Below are positions 34,186-42,004 of a stretch of DNA of 57,386 nt, piece after piece (positions within the stretch are counted from its first letter, which is position 1; each line of letters starts with the position of its first letter). The position numbers and the translations under genes are program-made. The notes below the pieces were generated by a model that saw only the letters and a list, made by a program, of their open reading frames with translations, was not told the origin of the DNA and made no database searches. Source of the stretch: Euryarchaeota archaeon UBA124. GTDB lineage: Archaea; Thermoplasmatota; Poseidoniia; Poseidoniales; Poseidoniaceae. The stretch is taken from positions 9,555 through 66,940 of the forward strand of contig DAPT01000073.1 of assembly GCA_002502215.1 (NCBI GenBank), written 5' to 3'.

Positions 34186-34828
34186 GCCATTGGTACGTCA
34201 AGCGGTCAGAGCGTCGAAATGTCTCAACGTGTATGTGCGATGCGAGATTGAGAATGTCTTGCCTTAGGATTCCTCGTCGTCGTAAGACCTTCACTGCAGA
34301 GTGGACACTTGCACGGGTCCGACCTATTCGGCGAGCCAACTGGGCCTGCGTGCGGGGCGTTCCTTCCTCGAGGATGTCATCGATCACTTGCCGTTGAACG
34401 GTGGAAAGCCCAATCGGTAGACTTGAAGCCATTCGTTGCTGATCGCTTGATACGGATTTCAGTACCTCTACTTGTGAGGGTCCACCAGCAAAGTAACATG
34501 TTCGGCCGTTGACGGGCAGGATTGTAATGTTGCCTTGATTGTGCATGACATCCAAATGGTGACGCAATGTTCCGTTTGCAGCACTTAGTTCATGTTGAAG
34601 TTCTCGATAACATAAACCAGGATGTCGTTCGAGTGTGCGCAGTACGCGCGCCCGGAACGGATGTTCAGTGGATTGTCGCTTGGTCGCAATGCCTCCAAAT
34701 GCAAGGGCTGATGCGGCCGATGTCATTGCTGCGAGGCCTTGAGCAATGCCTGCAATTCCACCGACTGTACCCGCAATACCTGCGGCCAACCAAGGACGTT
34801 GACGAACCCACTGCGTCAGAAGAGCCAT
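34160..34828 (-). CDS. Predicted membrane-associated transcriptional regulator with two wHTH domains
   Basis: Gly/Ala-zipper hydrophobic N-terminus WLAAGIAGTVGGIAGIAQGLAAMTSAASALAFGGIA. Two wHTH segments follow: RVLRTLERHPGLCYRELQHELSAANGTLRHHLDVMHNQGNI and TQAQLARRIGRTRASVHSAVKVLRRRGIL. I trimmed the start to ATG 34828 to avoid a 70-nt overlap with the HxlR gene. Confidence 0.55.
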   Translation of the reverse strand: MALLTQWVRQRPWLAAGIAGTVGGIAGIAQGLAAMTSAASALAFGGIATKRQSTEHPFRARVLRTLERHPGLCYRELQHELSAANGTLRHHLDVMHNQGNITILPVNGRTCYFAGGPSQVEVLKSVSSDQQRMASSLPIGLSTVQRQVIDDILEEGTPRTQAQLARRIGRTRASVHSAVKVLRRRGILRQDILNLASHIHVETFRRSDRLTYQWHDGRRVQA

Positions 34829-34875
34829 GCGCTGTTGTTGACCTCTTGGTATCTTAATGCATCGTATTGACGCAT

Positions 34876-35373
34876 CTAAGCTCCAACGATTGAGCCCTGA
34901 TGGATTTTCATGAAAGCAACCAAAGGTGAAAGGAGGCGCCCACATGTCATCCCATGGCTGGATAAGCGATACGTTACACGAACAGGAGGTCCATCCGTAA
35001 CAATGCGCTCGACCAAGCCCTTCTCCGCAAGATAACGTAGTTTATCCGAGAGCGTTCTTGAAGAAATCCCCTTCAATAGATGCTTCATCTCATTAAATCG
35101 GCGGTTCCCTGCGATGTAAAGCGTTGAAAGAATCTCGATTGTCCATCGAGAACCAAACACATTCAGGGCTTCAACAGCCGCATCCACCTCCCAATTCAAA
35201 TCAAATCGGCCTTGCCCAGAGTGGCCCTCAAGCAAGGAGCGAACCGAAGCACCAATCTGGATGGTTTCACTAATTTTGTCGCTGACATTCTTCAATTCAG
35301 TAGCGGGAAGGACCATCGGAGGTTCAGGCATGAACCTCCGATACATTTCGCATACTTGATTTCTTTTCAACAC
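34876..35373 (-). CDS. HxlR-family winged-helix transcriptional regulator
   Basis: HxlR signature FGSRWTIEILSTLYIAGNRRFNEMKHLLKGISSRTLSDKLRYLAEKGLVERI. It is divergent from the FadB-like gene, with a 31-nt gap. Confidence 0.8.
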   Translation of the reverse strand: MLKRNQVCEMYRRFMPEPPMVLPATELKNVSDKISETIQIGASVRSLLEGHSGQGRFDLNWEVDAAVEALNVFGSRWTIEILSTLYIAGNRRFNEMKHLLKGISSRTLSDKLRYLAEKGLVERIVTDGPPVRVTYRLSSHGMTCGRLLSPLVAFMKIHQGSIVGA

Positions 35374-35404
35374 CGATTAGTCAAAACGCAGGAGCGCATG
35401 ATTC

Positions 35405-37507
35405 ATGAACGGTTTGCTTGTCGTTCAATCCATGAAGGCAGTTGAGAACGTTGCAATCATCGGTGCAGGAAACATGGGTTCAGGTATTGCACAAAAAAGT
35501 GCACAAGAAGGATTCAATGTGCAAATGGTTGACAGAGAAGCACAATACGTTGCTCGTGGTCGTTCAATTATCGAGAACTTCCTGCAAGAAGCAATCGAAC
35601 GACGTATTTTCTCACAAGATGAAGTGAACGCAACACTTGGTCGAATTACGGATGTTGTAGGTACTGAGAATACTGCGTCAAACACCGATTTGGTTATCGA
35701 GGCGGTGTTCGAAGATTTTGACATCAAAACAGCTGTGTTCTCCGCTTTGGATGATGCTTGTGATGAAGGAACAATCCTTGCATCGAACACCTCTTCGCTT
35801 TCTGTCAATGCCCTTGCAGAGGCAACCGGTCGTCCTGATCGTTTCGTGGGATTGCATTTCTTCTACCACCCTGCCAAAAACCGATTAATCGAGGTCATTC
35901 CTGCGAAGACAACATCGAAAGAAACACTTGAGCGAACAGTTCAGTATTGCAGAACGCTTGGAAAGGTTGTCATTGTTTGCAAGGACCGACCAGGATTTGT
36001 TGTCAACCGATTCTTTGTCCCATGGCTAAATGAAGCCTGTTTACTGCTCGAGGAAGGCGTAGCAACTGCTGCGCAGATTGATGCGATAGCGTGCAAAGCA
36101 TTCCGACTCGGACTCGGTCCGTTTGGACTCATGAATCTCACAGGTCCTCCGATTGCATTGCACTCAACGGATTACCTTGCAGAACAATTGAACACCCCCC
36201 GCTACAACGGCGCCCAAAACCTCAGAGATCTTGTTGCCAACAATGCCATGTGGCCAATTGGAGATGATTCAGAGTATTCCAAGGAACAATACACGGCCGT
36301 ATCTGAACGCCTTCTCGGTGTTGTTTTCGGCGTCGCTGCGCAAATTGCAGAAGAAGAAATATGCTCGATGGAAGACGTCGACCGAGGGGCAAAGGTTGGT
36401 CTTCGATGGGCGCGTGGACCGTTCGAAATGATGAACCGTATCGGTGTTTCAGAAGCCTACAGAATGGCGGCTGCCTACCAAGTGCTTGCAGGTAATTCAT
36501 GGGTACTTCCCTCGTTCTTCAAAGAGCAATCCGATTCTTCAACAAATTGGGATTTTTCGTATGTTGACTCCTCAACAGAAGATGGAATGACAACTATCAC
36601 CATCAATCGCCCAGAAGCTATGAATGCATTAAACGAAGTTGTCATCCAACAACTCACCGCCGCAGTGGAGGCCGCAAACGGCGATAATGCAATTTCAACC
36701 ATCGTCCTTGATGGTGCCGGAAAAGCCTTCGTTGCTGGAGCAGACGTCAAATTCTTTGTCGACAAGATTCGTTCCGACGATATCCCCGACATTGAGACAT
36801 TTACCGAAAATGGGCACACGTTACTTGCTGCGCTTGAAAATTCCATGAAGACTACGATTGCATTGACAACAGGCCTTGCTCTTGGTGGAGGACTGGAACT
36901 CGCATTGGCTTGTGACTACCGAATCGGGACTCGACGCACCCAATTCAGGTTTCCTGAAACGAGTATTGGAATCTATCCTGCTCTTGGTGGGACGCAACGT
37001 CCTGCTCGAATCGCAGGTCGAGAGCTCGGCCGATGGGCCGTTCTTGCTGGGAACTTCATGAACGCTGAAACGGCCACAGATCTTGGGTTGGTTACTCACC
37101 TTGTCGACATTAACGATGTTCCAAATTGCATCAAAGACATCCACACATCAGGCAAACCGGAGGACAAGTATCCAGGTAAACCAATCAATGAGAACAGCCC
37201 TGTCGTTAAGTTCGCTAAGAAATTCTTCTCGGATGGAAACATGGCTGCTTTGCTCGCAGGGAGTTGCCCAGATGGCTTTGATGCTGAGGACAAAATCGTT
37301 GCTCGCCAACTCAAGTCGCTCAAGTTCACGGCTCCAATTGGATTAGCCATGGCCAGTGAACGAATCGATGCTACAGAATCGATGTCACTCGATGAAGGTC
37401 TCCAACTTGAGTTACAAGGCTTGGATCGAATCTTCTCAACCGAAGATGCACTTGAAGGACTCAGCGCACTAATTGAAGGCCGAAGAGCGACCTACAAGAA
37501 TGCCTAA
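35405..37507 (+). CDS. Fused 3-hydroxyacyl-CoA dehydrogenase (N-terminal) / enoyl-CoA hydratase (C-terminal), beta-oxidation
   Basis: Rossmann motif VAIIGAGNMGSGIAQ plus HAD core SNTSSLSV and GRPDRFVGLHFFYHPA. Crotonase motifs ITINRPEAMNALN, GAGKAFVAGADVKFF and LGGGLELALACDYRI. The start could instead be ATG 35432. Confidence 0.9.
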   Translation: MNGLLVVQSMKAVENVAIIGAGNMGSGIAQKSAQEGFNVQMVDREAQYVARGRSIIENFLQEAIERRIFSQDEVNATLGRITDVVGTENTASNTDLVIEAVFEDFDIKTAVFSALDDACDEGTILASNTSSLSVNALAEATGRPDRFVGLHFFYHPAKNRLIEVIPAKTTSKETLERTVQYCRTLGKVVIVCKDRPGFVVNRFFVPWLNEACLLLEEGVATAAQIDAIACKAFRLGLGPFGLMNLTGPPIALHSTDYLAEQLNTPRYNGAQNLRDLVANNAMWPIGDDSEYSKEQYTAVSERLLGVVFGVAAQIAEEEICSMEDVDRGAKVGLRWARGPFEMMNRIGVSEAYRMAAAYQVLAGNSWVLPSFFKEQSDSSTNWDFSYVDSSTEDGMTTITINRPEAMNALNEVVIQQLTAAVEAANGDNAISTIVLDGAGKAFVAGADVKFFVDKIRSDDIPDIETFTENGHTLLAALENSMKTTIALTTGLALGGGLELALACDYRIGTRRTQFRFPETSIGIYPALGGTQRPARIAGRELGRWAVLAGNFMNAETATDLGLVTHLVDINDVPNCIKDIHTSGKPEDKYPGKPINENSPVVKFAKKFFSDGNMAALLAGSCPDGFDAEDKIVARQLKSLKFTAPIGLAMASERIDATESMSLDEGLQLELQGLDRIFSTEDALEGLSALIEGRRATYKNA

Positions 37508-37746
37508 ATCCAACAGGATTGCAGGGTTTTAATGGAGTCTATGATTTTGTTGAGATCTATGGATTCTTCTCGTTCTTGTGCAAGAAGTATATTGTTTTCA
37601 ACAGCCTGTACAAAATCTTCAGAGGGTTCCTCGCCGAGTATGTCCGTTAATACATCTTTCAACGATTTGGATTGACCACGAAGTATAGCAATCTGTGCTT
37701 TGAGTTCCTCTTCATCATCGCGAGGTGAACGAACGTTGGAAGTCAA
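37504..37746 (-). CDS. Hypothetical small acidic helical protein (80 aa, TTG start)
   Basis: ORF only. It overlaps the FadB-like stop by 4 nt (convergent), has a non-ATG start, and carries no motif. Confidence 0.3.
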   Translation of the reverse strand: MTSNVRSPRDDEEELKAQIAILRGQSKSLKDVLTDILGEEPSEDFVQAVENNILLAQEREESIDLNKIIDSIKTLQSCWI

Positions 37747-37755
37747 GCCATCACC

Positions 37756-37905
37756 TCAATTGGAGAGTTCTGCCGCTCTGCGTACCATCGATCCCATGGA
37801 ACAACGTCTTCTTCCGTCCAGTGCTGGAACAACTAAATCAAGGGTGAGTCCACCGATTCCACCTGCTCCAATGATTAAAATTCGAGGCATACGCTTTGCT
37901 GTCAT
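37756..37905 (-). pseudogene. 49-aa ORF resembling only the N-terminal Rossmann beta-alpha-beta of an NAD(P)/FAD enzyme (possible gene remnant)
   Basis: This ORF is below the ORF-track size cutoff, so I translated it by hand: MTAKRMPRILIIGAGGIGGLTLDLVVPALDGRRRCSMGSMVRRAAELSN*. The GxGxxG dinucleotide-binding motif is followed almost at once by a stop (TGA 37758-37756). Confidence 0.2.
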
Positions 37906-37935
37906 GTCAAACAAACAATTCGACAGTATATCAAC

Positions 37936-38946
37936 TCAATTTTGAATCAATGGCAGTTTCTTGACTGGAGGTGCTATCCCCAAGTCGTCAGGGAAGTACA
38001 ATTCTGCTTCAGGGATTGGGATTGGAACAATCTCACGACCAATCAGGGCAACACGACTTGGCCGGCTTTCTGAGAGGACATCTCTGTTTACCTGTGGTGC
38101 AAGTTCATTCGAGAAGGAAAGAATATCGTCGTGGCTAGGCATGTTCTCCATCGAGAGATTTTCACGGCTGTGACCGACGTAGACATACCCTTTTGCTTCG
38201 ATGAAATCCGGGTCAGCACGGTTGTCAAGTTCTGCGAACTCCTTGATGTGGCTCGAGGACATGTTGACACCTTTCATCAGTGTATGCCGGCACACAATCC
38301 GCGTGTCGAGACTTGGCAGCAAGTCGATTGTTTTCTCAAACTGATTCCAAGCACCGCTGTTCCATTTTGGTCGACAAACATCGTCGAAGACTTGCTTGTT
38401 TGGAGCATCGACTGAGACATAGAGTTGTGTAGGAAGTGTATCCAAGTTCTCCAAAACTTTTGGAAGGGTGCCATTGGTAACGAGCATCGTTGTCATGCCA
38501 TGCTTGTGGCACAAATCCATGTATTCGCCAAGACGCGTGTACAAGGTTGGTTCACCATTAAGCGAAATCGCAACATGTTTTGGATCCTGAGCCTCAAGGA
38601 ACTTCTCTTTTGGGACCTTGTCGTTTCCACCAAACCCAGAGAGCAGTCGGCGTTGAGCACGTACGCTTTCGTAGAGGAGTTCGAGAGGATCTTGGTCGGT
38701 TAACTCCAAGCTGTCCATATGTGGTTCCCGCCAACAGTATGTGCAAGCGAGATTGCACTGATCGACAACAGGTGACATTTGCATGCAAGTGTGACTCTTG
38801 ACACCGTAAAAGGTTCCCTTGTAGCACGATCGATCGCGAAGAAGAGATTCTTTTGTCCAATGGCAGGTTTTGACTCCACCGTGTTCACCAACGATGTGGT
38901 ACCGTTGTTTCTGCAACTTTGCTTTGAGTGCCGGGTCCATACCCAT
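37936..38946 (-). CDS. taw1: tRNA 4-demethylwyosine synthase (Taw1/TYW1 radical-SAM enzyme)
   Basis: N-terminal YHIVGEHGGVKTCHWTKESL, radical-SAM motif CNLACTYCWR, plus AISLNGEPTLY and MLVTNG. Confidence 0.9.
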   Translation of the reverse strand: MGMDPALKAKLQKQRYHIVGEHGGVKTCHWTKESLLRDRSCYKGTFYGVKSHTCMQMSPVVDQCNLACTYCWREPHMDSLELTDQDPLELLYESVRAQRRLLSGFGGNDKVPKEKFLEAQDPKHVAISLNGEPTLYTRLGEYMDLCHKHGMTTMLVTNGTLPKVLENLDTLPTQLYVSVDAPNKQVFDDVCRPKWNSGAWNQFEKTIDLLPSLDTRIVCRHTLMKGVNMSSSHIKEFAELDNRADPDFIEAKGYVYVGHSRENLSMENMPSHDDILSFSNELAPQVNRDVLSESRPSRVALIGREIVPIPIPEAELYFPDDLGIAPPVKKLPLIQN

Positions 38947-39150
38947 GTTTTTTTCCTCCTGTAGCCGGAATCCACTGTCGATAAGCGGTTGGGAGCGGCT
39001 CGGATGTTTAGGCGTCTGAATTTTTGTTCTTGAAGAGAACGGTCATTTCGATGTTTATATTACAACTTAGTGTGTTTTTTACACCTATGTGTTGGCAAGT
39101 TTACCACGCCTTTGAATAGGTAGTGAACCACATTTAGAGTGAGGATAACA

Positions 39151-39312
39151 ATGGATAACGAACTCCAAACATACACCGACCGAATAATGGACCAACAACA
39201 GTACCGCTCGGGGATATTCCCGAACGTACTGTCTCCGATCTTGAACGCCATAGCTTCCTTTCGCTTCTCAGCGAATATTCGTGGAGTAATCCATGCAAGG
39301 AGTGATGATTGA
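39151..39312 (+). CDS. Micro-ORF A (53 aa), first of two tandem paralogous small ORFs
   Basis: Not in the ORF track (under 60 aa). ATG 39151 lies 5 nt after GAGGAT (39141-39146). Translation: MDNELQTYTDRIMDQQQYRSGIFPNVLSPILNAIASFRFSANIRGVIHARSDD*. Confidence 0.4.
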   Translation: MDNELQTYTDRIMDQQQYRSGIFPNVLSPILNAIASFRFSANIRGVIHARSDD

Positions 39313-39432
39313 ATGGATAAAAATCTAGAAATCTATGTCGAGCAGACGCTTGAATCGCAAATCTACCGCGGTGGCATCTCTTTCACACCGTCAATCCTTC
39401 GTCGGTTTGTCTCGCTCTTTCGACGCTCTTAA
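39313..39432 (+). CDS. Micro-ORF B (39 aa), paralog of micro-ORF A
   Basis: The start ATG abuts the stop of ORF A (TGAATG). Translation: MDKNLEIYVEQTLESQIYRGGISFTPSILRRFVSLFRRS*. It shares MD-x2-L-x2-Y-x-[DE]-x2-[ML]-[DE]-x-Q-x-YR-x-GI with ORF A. Confidence 0.4.
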   Translation: MDKNLEIYVEQTLESQIYRGGISFTPSILRRFVSLFRRS

Positions 39433-39453
39433 TTCGTGGAAGAAGGGCACGTC

Positions 39454-40902
39454 TCAGAGTGTTGCAGGCCCACCTGCTGGCATTTCTGCGAGCATGGTGA
39501 TCGTCTCTCCACGCAGACTTGGTCCTATGTGATATGTCCCAAAGATTCCTTGGTCTGCTAGATTGTGCGAGAGAGAGAACCAGGTTCTTCCGTACGCATC
39601 GACACGTATGTCGAGGAAATCACCAAGGCCACCACAGCGATTGTATCCACAATCAGGCTCTGTGTCGAGTGGGTCATCAACTCCATTCAATTGGACGGTC
39701 GTGAGTAGGGGTGTTTCATTGAACGCATCGGTCGTGTAGGTAAGGTATGCATTCCATGTTTCATCCTCACCAGCGGTCTCTCCAACGTATCCAAACGCCA
39801 CCGTGCCCTCATCGCCTGCGACGACAACTGGGAAGCCAGTTCCGGACAAATTGATTGGAGGGGCAATCATGGTCGCATTTGACCAGGTATCACCTTGATC
39901 ACGTGAATAGGACCAGTAAGGTTTGTTGTCAAGACCATTCCACATGGCGTGAACATTGCCTGCGGAATCCACCTCGACTTGGGCTTCTTCAGCATTCCAT
40001 GTGTCTGCAGTTCCTGAAATCTCAGTCGGTAATGGATGTTCAGTCCACGTTATCCCTGCATTTGTGGTTCGGAAAACGGAGTAACCTTCGCCTGTGCATC
40101 CTTTGTTTCCACGGTAGAAATTCCCATCGATGCTTCCAACCAAATGGGCCGACAATCCTCCCGATGAACATGTGACAGGAGCTCCAGACGTTTCAGGTCC
40201 CCACGTTGCACCACCGTCTTGACTGGACGAACAAAGTGGATGAGGTGCGTTTCCGTTGATGCAAAACATCCAGGTTGTTGGATAGGCAACCGCAGGCATG
40301 TTACTGCTTGCGATGGTTTGATGATCTTGAACCGAGTAAATCTGAGTGGCAACGCTGGGACCGTTCCATGTCCCACCATCGTCATCAGACCATTCAACGG
40401 TCATTCCCAACAGGGCATGCATATCGAACTTCATGATTCGACTTGTCCAAGGGTCGACGTAGATGTAGGGGTCGTTGGAGTTGGCGATCGGTAAGAGCGG
40501 ATCGTAGGTGTTCTCGCAAGAATAATCCAAGGATTCGGTCATTCCAATCAGGTTGCAAGCTATGACTGCAGTGGAACCTGCAGGTCCATTTCCGTACGAA
40601 CTCATGAAGAGAGTATCAGTCTCAGTGATTCCCATTGTCGGTTCAAACGTTGATATTCCTATGCTGTAATACGTTCCTTCAGCAGGGTAAGGCATGTTTC
40701 TTCCGTTTAATTCTACAGAGTCGTTGCCCCATACATCGACTGCATCTGGAAAGTGGTACCAAGTCAATTCTGGCCTTTCAAAGTCCCAAACACTCGGGCC
40801 GACGACTTCTGATTCTACCTCGGCTTCACCAAAGCATCCGGACAGTGAAAAAGAAACCATCAGAAACGCCAGCAGCATTGCACGTTGTGGATTCATGTGC
40901 AT
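39454..40902 (-). CDS. BNR/Asp-box repeat (sialidase-fold-like) secreted lipoprotein
   Basis: Signal peptide with lipobox-like LMVSFSLSGCFG. Four Asp-box motifs: SDDDGGTW, SQDGGATW, TTNAGITW, SRDQGDTW. Confidence 0.85.
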   Translation of the reverse strand: MHMNPQRAMLLAFLMVSFSLSGCFGEAEVESEVVGPSVWDFERPELTWYHFPDAVDVWGNDSVELNGRNMPYPAEGTYYSIGISTFEPTMGITETDTLFMSSYGNGPAGSTAVIACNLIGMTESLDYSCENTYDPLLPIANSNDPYIYVDPWTSRIMKFDMHALLGMTVEWSDDDGGTWNGPSVATQIYSVQDHQTIASSNMPAVAYPTTWMFCINGNAPHPLCSSSQDGGATWGPETSGAPVTCSSGGLSAHLVGSIDGNFYRGNKGCTGEGYSVFRTTNAGITWTEHPLPTEISGTADTWNAEEAQVEVDSAGNVHAMWNGLDNKPYWSYSRDQGDTWSNATMIAPPINLSGTGFPVVVAGDEGTVAFGYVGETAGEDETWNAYLTYTTDAFNETPLLTTVQLNGVDDPLDTEPDCGYNRCGGLGDFLDIRVDAYGRTWFSLSHNLADQGIFGTYHIGPSLRGETITMLAEMPAGGPATL

Positions 40903-41029
40903 GCCAAGAATCCGTGGAATTAAGGGTTGCTGCTCATTTTAAGCGCTCCTTTCTTTCATCGAGGATGAAATTCACGATGAAATGTGATTCGAAGGCAACG
41001 CATTTGAATCAGAAGTCACTGGTAACACC

Positions 41030-42004
41030 ATGGCTAAGTGGGCTCCGCATTTGATTGGGTTGCTCACACCCCTGTCCGCTGTCGTTTCCTTGCTCGTCGG
41101 CGGCTGGTGGATGCTTACCCCAATCGTCCTCTTGCTCGGTTTGTACCCATTCCTCGATTCGTTCGTTGGTTCCTCGACAATTCATGATGTTGAGGAAGAA
41201 GGCAAGGGACATGACATCATCGTTCACGCCCATGGGCTTCTTGTCCCCGTCGTCGTTCTTTGTCTTCTTTACCGTGTTTGGACGGGTGTTGGTTCAATAC
41301 CGCTTCTTGTTCCAATAATTTCAGCTGGCCTTGCTACTGGAGCCGCAGGCGTTGTTGCAGCGCATGAACTTGGTCACCGACGTCCAAGATCGTTCAGCTG
41401 GTGGCTCGGGCGTCTCGATTTACTTTCTGTAATGTACCTTCATTTTACTGTCGAACACAACCACACACATCACAAGCATTGGGCTCGTAAAGTTGATCCA
41501 ACAAGCTCGCCTTGGGGTCGAAGTGTCTATGGGCACTTGATTCGAACCGTACCCCGTCAACTTCGAAATGCGTACAAAATACGTCCAAAGGACACAAGGA
41601 TTTCTCTGTTGGTTGAAGCAACTCTTCTCATCGGGCTTGCCATTTGTGGACTACCGTATTTTGCTGCATTTGTTGGTCAAGCCTTGATAGCGATTTATCT
41701 TCTTGAATTTGTAAACTTCATTCAACATCACGGACTCGAGCGCGGCGAAGATGAGCGTCCGCATGCAGGACACGCATGGGAAAGCCGTACTCGATGGTCT
41801 CGATACACGCTGATGAATCTCCCATTGCATGCAGCCCATCATCTTCGATCAAGCACGCCATACGAGCGACTGCGACCGTACGATGAATCACCTCAGTTAC
41901 CAGGCGGTTACTACCAAATGTTCTGGATTGCACTCATTCCGCCGCTGTTCAATCGGTTGATGCAGAAGTCTGTAGATTATTCTGGCGGCGTAGGTGGAGC
42001 ATAG
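41030..42004 (+). CDS. AlkB-like integral-membrane di-iron hydroxylase / fatty-acid desaturase family protein
   Basis: His boxes in AlkB order: HELGHR, EHNHTHHKH, NFIQHHGLER and LHAAHH. Multiple TM helices lie in the N-terminal half. Confidence 0.8.
   Translation: MAKWAPHLIGLLTPLSAVVSLLVGGWWMLTPIVLLLGLYPFLDSFVGSSTIHDVEEEGKGHDIIVHAHGLLVPVVVLCLLYRVWTGVGSIPLLVPIISAGLATGAAGVVAAHELGHRRPRSFSWWLGRLDLLSVMYLHFTVEHNHTHHKHWARKVDPTSSPWGRSVYGHLIRTVPRQLRNAYKIRPKDTRISLLVEATLLIGLAICGLPYFAAFVGQALIAIYLLEFVNFIQHHGLERGEDERPHAGHAWESRTRWSRYTLMNLPLHAAHHLRSSTPYERLRPYDESPQLPGGYYQMFWIALIPPLFNRLMQKSVDYSGGVGGA

Noticed and set aside
37700-37945. 81-aa plus-strand ORF between the FadB-like gene and taw1.
   Set aside because: It is antisense to the Rossmann-like fragment and overlaps both neighbours. 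Its Pro/Ser-rich translation has no features.
39060-39532. Listed ORFs 39060-39251 (-) 63 aa and 39335-39532 (+) 65 aa in the taw1/BNR intergenic region.
   Set aside because: Neither has an SD-like box or any internal similarity. The plus-strand one runs into the convergent BNR gene. The two hand-found micro-ORFs (39151-39312 and 39313-39432), with an SD, TGAATG coupling and mutual similarity, explain the region better. Even those remain unproven.
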